Part shown: positions 30,694 to 41,002 of the stretch, piece after piece
How positions within the stretch are numbered: the first letter of the stretch is position 1
Layout of the letters: every line of letters begins with the position of its first letter
Assembly (NCBI GenBank): GCA_031409335.1
Contig: JANNWY010000236.1
Coordinates: 1-64,000, forward strand
Source: Chthoniobacteraceae bacterium
GTDB taxonomy: Bacteria > Verrucomicrobiota > Verrucomicrobiia > Chthoniobacterales > Chthoniobacteraceae
Direction: 5' to 3'
DNA: 64,000 nt
The notes under the pieces: model-generated
Told to the model about the DNA's origin: nothing
Seen by the model: the letters and a program-made list of their open reading frames with translations, nothing else
The model's database searches: none
Program-made: the position numbers and the translations under genes

Positions 30694-31572
30694 CTACCGC
30701 GGCTTCCCATCGAGCTGCGGCAACAGCGACGCAAGCCCATCCAGATTCGCCCGCAAGCGCGTCTCCGCGTCCTCGTCGGTGTGATTCAAAATGCCGATCA
30801 ACCCGCGCCAGCCCGAATCGCGGATCGCCTGCAAAAGCGCCACGTCCAGCTCGCCCTGCCCGAGCGGCAGAATCTTCTTCCCCGTCTGCTCGCCATCGCG
30901 CGTCATGCCGTTGAGATTCAGCGCCAGCAGATGCGGCTTCATCTTTTCCAGCAAAGCCGGGAAACGATCCACGTGCGCGTGCCCGTGATGCAGATTGTAA
31001 ACGATCCCCACATTCGCGACCCCATCGCGCCCCAGCCGCTCGATGATCGCGATCTGATTCTCCGGCTCCCCAAACCACCCGCCGTGATTGTAGAGCGCCA
31101 CCTTGCACCCGACCTTGCCCGCTGCCTCGGCGATCGGTCGCAACCGCGCCGCCTCCTGCTCCACCCGCTGCGCTTGTTCCTCCGGCGATTTCACCGCATC
31201 CCCGCCGCCCGTCACCCAAAGCTGCGGATGCACGCCATGCCGCGCGATCACATCCAAAATCAATCGCGCCTCCTCATTCATCACCCCCGGAAACCACCAC
31301 GCATTGAGCGACACGCCATGCCGCTTCAGCGCCGCCAGCTCCGCGTCGAAAGTCGGCACATGTTCGGCCCGATAGTCGTAGGCGAAATGCTTGAACCCGA
31401 GCTTTTCCAGCATCTCCGCGCGCTCCTCCGGCCCGCGCTTCTTCGCATCGAAGGGCACGATGCACCACGCCATCAGATTCGCCTTTTCAAAAAGCCCGCC
31501 GCCCGGCTCCGCAGCGTCGGCCTGGATGGTGAATGCCAGGATCGCTGTGATAAATCGACGGGAAGAATTCAC
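30694..31572 (-). CDS. Sugar phosphate isomerase/epimerase (xylose isomerase-like TIM barrel) family, probably exported
   Basis: AWCIVPFDA, LYNHGGWFGEPEN, VYNLHHGH, PLGQGELD; start uncertain (GTG 31572). Confidence 0.75.
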   Translation of the reverse strand: MNSSRRFITAILAFTIQADAAEPGGGLFEKANLMAWCIVPFDAKKRGPEERAEMLEKLGFKHFAYDYRAEHVPTFDAELAALKRHGVSLNAWWFPGVMNEEARLILDVIARHGVHPQLWVTGGGDAVKSPEEQAQRVEQEAARLRPIAEAAGKVGCKVALYNHGGWFGEPENQIAIIERLGRDGVANVGIVYNLHHGHAHVDRFPALLEKMKPHLLALNLNGMTRDGEQTGKKILPLGQGELDVALLQAIRDSGWRGLIGILNHTDEDAETRLRANLDGLASLLPQLDGKPR

Positions 31573-31747
31573 ATGCGCATCATCATTGCGTTGTCGTTCA
31601 CCGCGCAAGCGCGCCGAATGGTCGCGGAGAGGTTGGCGGGATGAACAACGGCGCGATCATCTCCGAATCGAAATCCCGATAGGGCCGTCGCTCGCGGTGG
31701 GCGTTTCCTTGCGTGGGTTTCGGTTTTCACGCAGTCTCCGCGTCTCT

Positions 31748-32620
31748 ATGCGACCGAAATTTTCAATCATTACCCCGAGCTTTCGCCAACTGGATTGGTT
31801 GAAGTTTTGCGCGGCATCCATCGCGGATCAGCAGGGCGTGCAGGTGGAGCACATCGTGCAGGATGCCGGGACGGGGCCGGAGCTGGAGGCTTGGGCGGCG
31901 ACGCAGCCGGGGCTGCGGCTGTGCGTGGAAAAGGACAAGGGCATGTACGACGCGGTGAATCGCGGGCTGCGAAAATCGTCGGGGGAGATTCTTTCGTATT
32001 TGAATTGCGACGAGCAGTATCTGCCAGGCGCGCTGGCGGGAGTGGCGGAGTTTTTCGAGGCGCATCCAGATGTGGATGTGGTCTTCGGCGATGTCGTGGT
32101 CGTGGATGAAAATGGCACTTATCTGTGCAGTCGGCCGGTGATCCTGCCGCAGTTGCATCACACGCAGGTCTGCACGCTGGGAGTTTTCACGGCGGCGACA
32201 TTTTTCCGGCGGAGTGTGCTGGAAAAGCACGGTCTGTATTTCAGCGACGCGTGGCGCGATGTGGGCGACGCGGCGTGGGTGCTGGAATTGATCCGCCGGG
32301 GGCTCAAGATGGCAGTGTTGCGGCGCTTCACCACGAGCTTTGCGGACACGGGCGAGAACATGAACATGAAGCCAAACGCAGTGGCAGAGCAGGTGCGGCT
32401 CCGCGCATCCGCGCCGAAATGGGCGCAGGTGCTCGCGCCGCTGTGGGTGATGCATTTCCGCCTGCGCCGCCTGCTGGCGGGGATCTATCGTCCGGCGAAA
32501 TTCGCGTACGCGATTTACACGAGCGAGAGCGACGGACGGCGCAGGGAGTTTCCGGTGGAAAATCCGACGTTCCTCTGGCGCGGCAGATTTGTGAAACGGG
32601 AGATGCCCGTCACTGCCTGA
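31748..32620 (+). CDS. Glycosyltransferase family 2
   Basis: SIITPSF, EHIVQDAG, EKDKGMYDAVNRG, YLNCDE; start ATG 31748. Confidence 0.9.
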   Translation: MRPKFSIITPSFRQLDWLKFCAASIADQQGVQVEHIVQDAGTGPELEAWAATQPGLRLCVEKDKGMYDAVNRGLRKSSGEILSYLNCDEQYLPGALAGVAEFFEAHPDVDVVFGDVVVVDENGTYLCSRPVILPQLHHTQVCTLGVFTAATFFRRSVLEKHGLYFSDAWRDVGDAAWVLELIRRGLKMAVLRRFTTSFADTGENMNMKPNAVAEQVRLRASAPKWAQVLAPLWVMHFRLRRLLAGIYRPAKFAYAIYTSESDGRRREFPVENPTFLWRGRFVKREMPVTA

Positions 32621-33410
32621 GGACGAAGGCCGCCTGGCTCGGCAGCGAGGCTGTGAGCGCCGCAAAAATCCGCCCGCCCGCCGACCACAGACGCGGCCCG
32701 AGGATCGTGGCCGGGACGCCAAATCCGAGGCTCACTGCCAGCGCGAGAAAGCGCATGATGCCTTTGTTCGATGCAAAGACAGGCTGGACCCAATACATCC
32801 ACGGATCACCCTCGATGTAACTCTGCACCTGAAGCCCGGCTTCCCTCGCCCACGCGTCCACTTTTTCCCGAGTCACAGCCTGCACGTGATGCGGGTCCAT
32901 CCGCCGTTCATTGACCGGGACGAGGCCCATGAATGCGCTCGATGGAGTCATGCAATCGCGCATCCTCCGCAAGAATCCGGCGGGGTCTGGCAGATGCTCG
33001 AGGACGTGGCTGCAAAGGATGAAATCGTACGTCCGCGCGAGCAGCGGATGCGACTGCCAGTGCTCGATTTCGATGGGCTGCAGGTCCGGCTCGGGGAATC
33101 CGCGGGCGCGCAGCATCCCGCTGACGGCGGCAACATTCTCAGAATCCATCTCGACACCGAAGAGCCGGCTGCGGGGCGTGCAATAGCGGTAAAATGTGCC
33201 CGCGCCGAAGCCGTAATCAAAGATGTCCCGGCCATCGAGCGCGATGCCCTCTTTCTGGCAGAGGTGCAGCGCGAGCAGCACTTTTCCCATCCGCATGTAT
33301 GCGGCGTGATGCAGCGCGCTTTGCCGCCCGCGGTAGCATTCTTTGAAGTCGTCCTGAGTCGGTGTGGAGATCGTATTTGCGGGCACCGCGGGACGTTGCC
33401 CGATTTGCAC
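32610..33410 (-). CDS. Class I SAM-dependent methyltransferase
   Basis: IFDYGFGAG motif I and YDFILCSHVLEHLPDP. Confidence 0.85.
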   Translation of the reverse strand: MQIGQRPAVPANTISTPTQDDFKECYRGRQSALHHAAYMRMGKVLLALHLCQKEGIALDGRDIFDYGFGAGTFYRYCTPRSRLFGVEMDSENVAAVSGMLRARGFPEPDLQPIEIEHWQSHPLLARTYDFILCSHVLEHLPDPAGFLRRMRDCMTPSSAFMGLVPVNERRMDPHHVQAVTREKVDAWAREAGLQVQSYIEGDPWMYWVQPVFASNKGIMRFLALAVSLGFGVPATILGPRLWSAGGRIFAALTASLPSQAAFVLRQ

Positions 33411-33448
33411 AGCGCTTCAACTCGCGAATTTCCCGGCGCGCGGTCCCG

Positions 33449-35086
33449 CTATTGATCGTGGTAACGCTGCGCGATGGGCATTCGTCGGCCGACGCCGAAG
33501 GCTTTGCTGGTGACTTTCAAGCCGGGCGCGGCCTGGCGGCGTTTGTATTCGTTGAGGTCGATGAGGCGCACGACGCGATCGACCGTGGCTTTCTCAAAAC
33601 CGGCCTCGACGATCGTGGCGCGGGATTTTCCCTCGACGACGTAGGCTTCGAGAATCGCGTCGAGCACATCGTACGGCGGGAGCGAGTCCTGATCCGTTTG
33701 ATCGGGCCGCAACTCGGCGGACGGCGGCTTGGTGATGGTGGCGCGCGGGATGATTTCGCGCTCGCGATTGATCCATTCCGAGAGCCGATAGACGGTCGTT
33801 TTCGGCACGTCGCTGATGACCGCGAGCCCGCCGCACATATCGCCGTAAAGCGTGCAATAGCCGACGGCGAGTTCGCTCTTGTTGCCCGTCGTGAGCAGTA
33901 GCGAGCCGAACTTGTTCGACATCGCCATGAGGATGACCGCGCGCAATCGCGCCTGGATGTTTTCCTCCGCCGTGTCTTCCGCACGGCCCGCGAAGATGCC
34001 CGCGAGCTGCGCCTTCGCCGCGACGAACATTGGCTGGATCGGCACGACATCGTATTGAATCCCAAGATTCCCCGCGAGGATGCGCGCGTCATCGAGGCTG
34101 CCCTGCGAGGAATACTGCGACGGGAGGGAAACGCCGCGCACGTTTTCCCTGCCGAGCGCATCGACGGCGATGACCGCCGTGATCGCGGAATCAATGCCGC
34201 CGCTAAGCCCGAGCACGGCGGATTTGAAGCCGCATTTGTGCATGTAATCGCGCAGCCCGACGACGAGTGCGCGGTAGAGCTTTTCCTCCTCGGCAAAATG
34301 CGGCGGCTCGATCGGCTGCGCGGTCTCGGTGTCGGTGACGATGAAATCTTCCCGGAACATTTCGCCCTGCGCGAGCAGCCTGCCCGTGCCGTCGAGGACG
34401 AGGCTCACGCCGTCGAAAACGAGTTCGTCATTTCCGCCGATCGCATTGCAATAGACGAACGGAACCTTTGTCCGCGCGGCGAGACTGGCGAGCATTTCGC
34501 GGCGCTGCGCGTCCTTGCCGAGATGCCACGGTGACGCGGAGACATTGAACAAAATCTCCGCGCCCGCCCCGGCGAGTTCGCGCGCGGGATTCCGCTGATA
34601 CCGGCGATCGTCCCAGTAGCCTTCGTCGTTCCAGACATCCTCGCAGATCGTAAGGCCGATTTTTTTGCCGTTGAATCGGACGATGCCATTCTCCCGCGCG
34701 GGCTCGAAGTAGCGATCTTCATCAAAAACATCGTAAGTCGGCAGCAGCGTTTTCGCGCGTGTCACGAGGATTTTTTCGCGCTGCAAAAGCGCCACGGACT
34801 TCGTCGCCTCGCGACCGGGCCGCGTCTCGTTCACGCCGACAAATCCGACCAGCATCGCGACCTCGCCAGCCGCTGCGGCGAGGCGGTCGAGCGCGGCGAG
34901 ATTGTCGGGGATGAATTTCCTTTTGTGCAGCAAATCGCGCGGCGGATAGCCAGTGATCGCCAGCTCGGGAAACACGACGATTTCCACGCCAGCCTCGATC
35001 GCGCGGCGATAGGCCGCGAGTATCCGCGCCTCATTCCCGGCAAGGTCGCCGACGGTTGTATTGATTTGTGCGAGCGCGATCTTCAC
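33449..35086 (-). CDS. nadE: Glutamine-dependent NAD+ synthetase
   Basis: Nitrilase domain (FPEL..GYPP.D, LPTYDVFDE.RYF, ICED) plus synthase domain (LGLSGGIDS, ENIQAR.R, TGNKSE, KPPSAEL..Q.D); start GTG 35086. Confidence 0.95.
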   Translation of the reverse strand: MKIALAQINTTVGDLAGNEARILAAYRRAIEAGVEIVVFPELAITGYPPRDLLHKRKFIPDNLAALDRLAAAAGEVAMLVGFVGVNETRPGREATKSVALLQREKILVTRAKTLLPTYDVFDEDRYFEPARENGIVRFNGKKIGLTICEDVWNDEGYWDDRRYQRNPARELAGAGAEILFNVSASPWHLGKDAQRREMLASLAARTKVPFVYCNAIGGNDELVFDGVSLVLDGTGRLLAQGEMFREDFIVTDTETAQPIEPPHFAEEEKLYRALVVGLRDYMHKCGFKSAVLGLSGGIDSAITAVIAVDALGRENVRGVSLPSQYSSQGSLDDARILAGNLGIQYDVVPIQPMFVAAKAQLAGIFAGRAEDTAEENIQARLRAVILMAMSNKFGSLLLTTGNKSELAVGYCTLYGDMCGGLAVISDVPKTTVYRLSEWINREREIIPRATITKPPSAELRPDQTDQDSLPPYDVLDAILEAYVVEGKSRATIVEAGFEKATVDRVVRLIDLNEYKRRQAAPGLKVTSKAFGVGRRMPIAQRYHDQ

Positions 35087-35259
35087 GTGGCGGATGGGAA
35101 AATGCGGTGGCGTTTCGACGCTCCGAAATCGGTTTTCATGTTCATTGACCGCGCGAAAAATCGCCGACGCAACCGCAAGACACAAGTCGTTCCCATCGCG
35201 CTTCCGTCTCGACGCGGACGCGCGCGAACCGTTTTACATGGCGTCTCCACCTGCCAATT

Positions 35260-36594
35260 TTGATCCACGCTCTCGACATTGCCCTCGGGCCCGATCCCGA
35301 CCTGCCGGCATTCATCGCGCGAAATCTGCCGGAGGGCGCGTTTCGGAAAATCGTCCTTAAGCCAAACTGGGTGAAACATCAGGAGCATTCCGAGTTTCCG
35401 ATCGCGGCGCTGGTGACGAGCGCGCGGCTGATCGATGCGGTGATCGAGGCTTGCATCGCGAAGTATCCGGGGCTGGAGAAAATCTCGGTCGGCGACGTGC
35501 CGTTGCAGACGTGTGATTGGGCGGCGCTGATCGCGCAGACGGGCGTGGACCGGCTGATCGAGAAATATCGCGGGAGCATCGTGCAGTTTCTGGATTTAAG
35601 GCGCGAGCGATGGACGCCGAAGGATGGCTTCATGGAACTCGACTCCGCGCATCCCGGCGATCCACTTGGCTACAGCGAAATCGTGATCGACCACACGAGC
35701 CTGCTCGAAGAGGTGAGCCACAACGCGGATTCGTTTCGCGTTTCCGACTACGATCCGGCGGAGACGGTGAGCGTGCATCGCAAGGGCGTGCATCGCTACC
35801 TGATCGCGAAGACGGTGCTGGAGGCGGACCTTTTCATTAATCTGCCGAAGATGAAGACGCACCAGAAAACCGGGATCACCGGCGCGTTGAAAAACCTCGT
35901 CGGCATCAACGGCTCGAAGGCGCATCTCGTGCATCACCAGCTCGGCTTTCCGTCGCAGGGCGGCGATGAGTTTCCTGAAGATGTTTCGCGATTGATCTTC
36001 TGGCAGGCGCGACTGCGCGAGCGGTTTCAGAAGAAATCGAAGGTCGTCTTCACGGTGCTGAAAAAATGCTGGGAACTGCTGAAGCGTCTGCGCGGCATCA
36101 AGACGATCGGGACGAAGGAAAACCTGAGCCGCGGCACGGGCGGGTTCTACGTCGGGTCCGGCTCGTGGCACGGGAACGACTCGATCTGGCGCATGGTCTA
36201 TGACTTGAACATGATCATCCTCCTCGCGCACGCGGACGGCGGGAAGCTGCGCGCCGAGCCGCAGCGCGCGGTGCTCTCGATCATGGATGGCCTCATCGCC
36301 GGCGAAGGCAATGGCCCGCTGCAACCGCTGCCGGTAAACGCGAATGCGCTGCTCGCTTCGCGCAATCCGTTCCTCGTCGATTTCGCGATGGCGAAGCTGA
36401 TGGGCTACGACTTTCGCAAAATCCGGCTGCTCGCGAATCACGCGCGTTTCCCGGGCGCGTTCCGCGATTTCGATCCGGGAAAATTTCCCGTGACGCTAAA
36501 CTGCGTGCGTTCCGAGACCGGGGTCGACGCGCTGCCGGTGGTGCATCGTTTCATCCCTTCCCCCGGCTGGAAAGGTCACATCGAACTTGAGTGA
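35260..36594 (+). CDS. DUF362 domain protein
   Basis: VLKPNWV, INLPKMKTH, GITGALKNLVG, DGLIAGEGNGP; start uncertain. Confidence 0.85.
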   Translation: MIHALDIALGPDPDLPAFIARNLPEGAFRKIVLKPNWVKHQEHSEFPIAALVTSARLIDAVIEACIAKYPGLEKISVGDVPLQTCDWAALIAQTGVDRLIEKYRGSIVQFLDLRRERWTPKDGFMELDSAHPGDPLGYSEIVIDHTSLLEEVSHNADSFRVSDYDPAETVSVHRKGVHRYLIAKTVLEADLFINLPKMKTHQKTGITGALKNLVGINGSKAHLVHHQLGFPSQGGDEFPEDVSRLIFWQARLRERFQKKSKVVFTVLKKCWELLKRLRGIKTIGTKENLSRGTGGFYVGSGSWHGNDSIWRMVYDLNMIILLAHADGGKLRAEPQRAVLSIMDGLIAGEGNGPLQPLPVNANALLASRNPFLVDFAMAKLMGYDFRKIRLLANHARFPGAFRDFDPGKFPVTLNCVRSETGVDALPVVHRFIPSPGWKGHIELE

Positions 36595-36652
36595 CCAAAG
36601 CTACCCGGCAGCGCGGAGAAAGGGGCCGCTTGACCTAGAAACGGCCATGGGA

Positions 36653-36834
36653 ATTGCCACGGAGGATGCGGAAAACGCGGAAGACGCTGAGGAGTAGAAA
36701 TTTGGACGGCACACCCGAAACCAACTCCATCTCACCCGCCCGGTGAATGCGATCGACTGTGCCGCTTCGCAGCGAAGTCCCTCCTTCTCCGCGTTTTCCG
36801 CGTCCTCCGAGTCCTCCGAGTCCTCCGCGGCAAT
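36653..36834. repeat. Palindromic REP-like element with 9-nt periodic arms
   Basis: ATTGCCACGGAGGATGCGGAAAACGCGGA pairs with TCCGCGTTTTCCGCGTCCTCCGAGTCCTCCGAGTCCTCCGCGGCAAT; between convergent genes; related to 24190-24286. Confidence 0.8.
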
Positions 36835-36863
36835 CTCCAGTGCCGTTTTTAGGCTTCCAGGAT

Positions 36864-38036
36864 TTAGCGCCTGCGCGGCTTGCGATCACCGATGATTTGC
36901 AGGGCGGCGGATGGGTCCTGCGCTTTGGAGGTGACTTGGTCGAGGCTGATGAAGCCAGCGAGGTAAAGATCGGCCAGCGAGGTTTCCAGCGAGACCATTC
37001 CGTATTTCGATCCGGTCAGGATGTCGTTTGGAATGCGGAAGGTTTTGTTGTCGCGGATGAGCGCAGCGATCGACGGCGTGTTGATCATGATCTCGAACGC
37101 GGCGACACGCCCGTTCCCATCGGCGCGCGGGATGAGCAGTTGCGAGATGACCGCCTTGAGATTGGTGGAAAGCTGGGTGCGGATCATTGCCTGTTTGTCG
37201 GAGGGAAACGCGTCGATCACGCGATCGACTGTGCGCGCCGCGCCGGTGGTGTGCAGCGTGGAAAAAACGAGGTGGCCCGTCTCCGAAGCCGTGATCGCCG
37301 TCTCCATCGTCTCGAGATCGCGCATTTCGCCGACGAGGATCACATCCGGGTCCTGCCGCAGCGCGCGGCGCAGGCCTTCGGCGAACGACGGCACATCGAC
37401 GCCGATCTCGCGCTGATTGATGATCCCGCGTTTGTGATCGTGAAAGTATTCGATCGGATCCTCGACCGTGATGATGTGGCTCGCCGTGGTTTCGTTGATG
37501 ACATTCAACATCGAAGCCAGCGTCGTCGATTTTCCCGAGCCCGTCGGGCCGGTCACGAGGATGAGGCCGCGCGGGAGATAAAGCAGCTCCTTCACCGTCT
37601 GCGGAAAGCCGATGTCTTCCAGCGAAAGCAACGAATGCGGCACGAGCCGCAGCGCCGCGCCGATGCAGCCTTTCTGCCGGTAAACACTGACGCGAAAACG
37701 ATTGTCGCCGCGGAACGTGAAACCGAAATCCACGCTCCCGTCCTCGTTCACGCGCTGCATGTTTGCCTCGCTCGTGATCGCCCGCGCGAGCGTCTCGGTG
37801 TCTTCCGGCGTGAGGGGACGCAACTCCAGTTTCACGAGCTGCCCGCGCAACCGCACCACCGGCGGCGCACCCACCGAGATGTGCAAATCCGAAGCCTTTT
37901 CCTCGATGACCAGCCGCAGCAAATCCTCCATCGGCGTCACCGTCGAACGCGAAGCGGACTCCACTGCCAGCGATGCGGGAGCCGGGGCGGATGCGAGCGG
38001 CGGGGGTGAGGATTTGCGAAAATCGAAGAGTGCCAT
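36864..38036 (-). CDS. pilT: Type IV pilus retraction ATPase PilT family
   Basis: ASDLHI, GPTGSGKSTTLAS, ITVEDPIE, LRQDPDVILVGEMRD, TGHLVFSTLHT, AALIRDNK. Confidence 0.93.
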   Translation of the reverse strand: MALFDFRKSSPPPLASAPAPASLAVESASRSTVTPMEDLLRLVIEEKASDLHISVGAPPVVRLRGQLVKLELRPLTPEDTETLARAITSEANMQRVNEDGSVDFGFTFRGDNRFRVSVYRQKGCIGAALRLVPHSLLSLEDIGFPQTVKELLYLPRGLILVTGPTGSGKSTTLASMLNVINETTASHIITVEDPIEYFHDHKRGIINQREIGVDVPSFAEGLRRALRQDPDVILVGEMRDLETMETAITASETGHLVFSTLHTTGAARTVDRVIDAFPSDKQAMIRTQLSTNLKAVISQLLIPRADGNGRVAAFEIMINTPSIAALIRDNKTFRIPNDILTGSKYGMVSLETSLADLYLAGFISLDQVTSKAQDPSAALQIIGDRKPRRR

Positions 38037-38117
38037 CGGGGGAAGGAGGTAAGCGATCGGAGTGGGTTTGTCAGCGGTGAATTGACGCGGATTTGAACCG
38101 CTCGCGACGGGATGGCG

Positions 38118-39566
38118 TTAGCGCACCGCGCTCGGCTGGCCGGGCGTCATTCCGAAGAATCCGCGCGGGCGATAAAACGCGCTGGATTTTCGCAGGCCGC
38201 GCGCGAGGAGCGCGAAACCGGCGAGGCCAGCGACGGCTCCGACTGCGGCAATCGGCAGGGTGTATTCTTGAACGAATTGGAGCGTCGCGCCGGGGATCAT
38301 CACGAGCAGCATTAGCACAAAAAATCGCGCGCTCGAGGCGATGTGCAGCGTGATGGCAAAGGCGAGCGTCACCCAGCCGCACATCGCGATGGTTTGCGCG
38401 GCGAAGTTTCCAAAAACAGAAAGCGAATGACTGCCGACCCGGCACCACACCGCCGAGATCCACGCGCTCGTCACTGCGCCAGACCACGGAATGAACGCGA
38501 GCAGCAGGGCGAGTTTCGGCGTGGAAAGCGGCAGCGCCCGCAGCGCACGCATGCCGATGGATTCAGCGATGACCGCGCCGATCGCCATGCCCATTAGCGA
38601 GACTTGCATCCCGAGCGCGGGATTTTGGGCGCTGGATTCCATCCCGATCATCCAGCGGAAAACCGCGAGCTGCACGCAGGCGATCAGGGCGACGAACAGG
38701 ACGATGCGCCCGGCAAACGTGACGACGTAAAGTGGGATGCCACCGAGTCCGTGCGAACTCGCGCCCGGCTCTGCCGCCGCTGTCGGCCTTAATCTGACGA
38801 CGGTGAGGATCAGCCGCCGCCGGACCAATTCCGCCGAACTGAAATACGAGAGCGCTACGAAAACCGGCGCGGCCGCGAAGAGCGCCCAATGCCACGGCGC
38901 AATGGCCGCAGGCGTGCGCGGGAGGTTTGGTAAAAGGAACGCGAGGCCCGGCAGCGAGATGCCCCAGAGCAGGCCGAAGAGTCCCTGCTGCACATGCTCC
39001 GCGACGGTTTCCGGCGCGCGGGTCGGAGCCCATTGCAGGAGGAAAAAGCAGAAGCCCGCGTAGCCGAACGCGATCCACATTTGCACCCCGGCGGCGAACC
39101 ACGGCGCGGGCGCATTTCCATTTTGCACCGCCGCAGCGATGAAACGATCCACCTTTTTGTGCTCAACGCCCGGCGGCATGGATGCCCCGGTCATTTCCTC
39201 CCGCTGCACCATCGTCGGCGGCGGGGCGTCCGACGGAAACATCGCGGTCGAGTGGGAAAAACGGACGTTTCCCGTGGGATTGAACTCCTTGAAAAGCAGC
39301 ACGCCGAGCGCGAGCGCGGGCAACGAGAGCAGCGGCAGTAGCGGCACGCTGACAAACCACCACGCGCGCGCCTGCGCAAGTCGTGTGACCGGCAGCGGAC
39401 GCACCGCGCGGAAGACGCCGCGGTGCCCGTCGATCAGCAGCGCGACGACCACCGCGGGCGCAATGACAAACGGCGTTCCCCCGACGGTGCTGACGATCGT
39501 GACCAGCAACGTGATGATGAAGAGCCAGCGCCAGCGGCGGACGAAATCGAGGATGAGCGGTTTCAT
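38118..39566 (-). CDS. Multi-pass membrane protein (probable ABC permease)
   Basis: About 12 hydrophobic segments, LRALPL motif, directly downstream of an ABC ATPase. Confidence 0.75.
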   Translation of the reverse strand: MKPLILDFVRRWRWLFIITLLVTIVSTVGGTPFVIAPAVVVALLIDGHRGVFRAVRPLPVTRLAQARAWWFVSVPLLPLLSLPALALGVLLFKEFNPTGNVRFSHSTAMFPSDAPPPTMVQREEMTGASMPPGVEHKKVDRFIAAAVQNGNAPAPWFAAGVQMWIAFGYAGFCFFLLQWAPTRAPETVAEHVQQGLFGLLWGISLPGLAFLLPNLPRTPAAIAPWHWALFAAAPVFVALSYFSSAELVRRRLILTVVRLRPTAAAEPGASSHGLGGIPLYVVTFAGRIVLFVALIACVQLAVFRWMIGMESSAQNPALGMQVSLMGMAIGAVIAESIGMRALRALPLSTPKLALLLAFIPWSGAVTSAWISAVWCRVGSHSLSVFGNFAAQTIAMCGWVTLAFAITLHIASSARFFVLMLLVMIPGATLQFVQEYTLPIAAVGAVAGLAGFALLARGLRKSSAFYRPRGFFGMTPGQPSAVR

Positions 39567-39572
39567 GGCGCG

Positions 39573-40445
39573 TTATTTGGTGAGCGCGAGAAAGAGTTCC
39601 TCGAGCGTGAGCGCCTGCGTGCGGACATCGCGTGCGCCGCGTTGCGCGAGGGCATTGAGCGGGCAGGTGAGCGTGTCGAGCACGCCGCGCCAGCGCGGGC
39701 CTTCGCGTTCCTGCAAGGTGAGGCCGGGGACGTGCGCGAAGGCTTCGACGTTTTCCGCCTCCCATTCGGCCTGCAAATGTCGCTCGACCAGTTCGCCCGT
39801 CGCGCCTTCCGCCACGAGCCGGCCTTTGTGCAGCACGCCCACGCGATCGGCGAATCTTTCGAGATCGGAGAGCTGGTGCGACGAGATGAAAACCGTGCGC
39901 GCTTCATCGCGGACGATCGCGAGCAGTTCGGAGAAAACGGCCTTCTTCGAGTGCGCGTCGATGCCCGTCGTCGGCTCGTCCAGCACGAGTACTTTCGGAC
40001 GCCACGCGAGCGCGAGCAGCAGCGCCAGTTTCGTCCGTCCGCCAAAGGAAAGCGTGGCGATACGGTCATTCGCCGAGATGCCGAAATCCTGCATCAACCG
40101 GGCGCAGTACGCATCGTCCCACGTCGGGCGAAAGCCGCGGTTGAACCGGATCGCACGCCCGACTTTTCCCCACGCGACAAAGTTCAAATCCGGCCCAACA
40201 TACGCCGCGCAGGATTTCACCGCGACTTCATCGCGCTCATGATCGAGCCCGCACACTTTGATCGTGCCGGCGTCTGGCGAACCCATGCCAAAGATTTGGT
40301 CGATGAGCGTGGTCTTGCCCGCGCCATTTGGCCCGATGAGACCGTAAATCGAGCCGCTCGGCACCGTGAGATCGAGCGGGCCGAGGGCGAAGCGTGGGTA
40401 GTGTTTTTCCAACGCGGAAACTGCGAGGGCGGGCGGTGTGTTCAT
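39573..40445 (-). CDS. ABC transporter ATP-binding protein (YtrB-like)
   Basis: GPNGAGKTT, LSFGG, LDEPTTGID, SSH motifs. Confidence 0.93.
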   Translation of the reverse strand: MNTPPALAVSALEKHYPRFALGPLDLTVPSGSIYGLIGPNGAGKTTLIDQIFGMGSPDAGTIKVCGLDHERDEVAVKSCAAYVGPDLNFVAWGKVGRAIRFNRGFRPTWDDAYCARLMQDFGISANDRIATLSFGGRTKLALLLALAWRPKVLVLDEPTTGIDAHSKKAVFSELLAIVRDEARTVFISSHQLSDLERFADRVGVLHKGRLVAEGATGELVERHLQAEWEAENVEAFAHVPGLTLQEREGPRWRGVLDTLTCPLNALAQRGARDVRTQALTLEELFLALTK

Positions 40446-40843
40446 GATGGTTCGTTCAGTGTTTCGAGAAAAAGGCGGCGCACTTCCGCGGGCTTGAGCC
40501 CGGCTTCCGTGGCTTCGCGGGCGGCGTCTTTGAGAAGGACGCGGGCGTGTTCAATCTTCACCTCGCGGCTGCGATCCCCGCCGCCCTCGGCCACAAAAGT
40601 CCCCAGCCCCTGCCGCCGAAAAATGATCCCCTCGCGCTCCAGCTCTTCATACGCGCGCTTCACCGTGATGACGCTCACCAGCATTTCCTCCGCAAGCTGG
40701 CGGAAGGACGGGAGCGCCGCACCCGCCTCGATCCTGCGTTCCCCGATCGCCCGCTTCAGCCCGGCGACGATCTGCTCGTAAAGCGTGCCCGGAGCGGCAG
40801 GCGAGATCGGCGGCAGCAAGAGTTTGATGGATTTCGGAGGCAC
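40442..40843 (-). CDS. GntR family regulator (YtrA subfamily)
   Basis: LYEQI...LPSFRQLA...VSVITVKRAYEELEREG...GLGTFV with a short C-terminus; ATGA overlap with the ABC ATPase; likely GTG start 40843. Confidence 0.9.
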   Translation of the reverse strand: MPPKSIKLLLPPISPAAPGTLYEQIVAGLKRAIGERRIEAGAALPSFRQLAEEMLVSVITVKRAYEELEREGIIFRRQGLGTFVAEGGGDRSREVKIEHARVLLKDAAREATEAGLKPAEVRRLFLETLNEPS

Positions 40844-40859
40844 GGTGCGGGATGAAGTT

Positions 40860-40884
40860 ACTGTGCATATTAAACATATACAGT
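40860..40884. promoter_or_regulatory. Probable GntR/YtrA autoregulatory operator
   Basis: A/T-rich imperfect inverted repeat ACTGTGCATATTAAACATATACAGT, ~16 nt upstream of the gntR start. Confidence 0.65.
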
Positions 40885-41002
40885 ACTCTGTCCACAACTT
40901 TCTCGTTCTCTCTTTCTGCGCATGGATGCCGACATCATGGCGGCGTTGGATTCAGAGGCATGGTTTTGCCCAATGCCGTCAAAGCGATACCACGCTCGGT
41001 GT

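Noticed and set aside
35238..35290. Out-of-frame ATG (MASPPANFDPR) just before the DUF362 gene, suggesting a frameshift
   Set aside because: An in-frame TTG start exists at 35260; cannot be distinguished without reads or homologues.
40955..40975. GG...GC motif resembling a sigma54 promoter between gntR and hsdR
   Set aside because: Spacing is N9 on the plus strand and the consensus match is poor on the minus strand.
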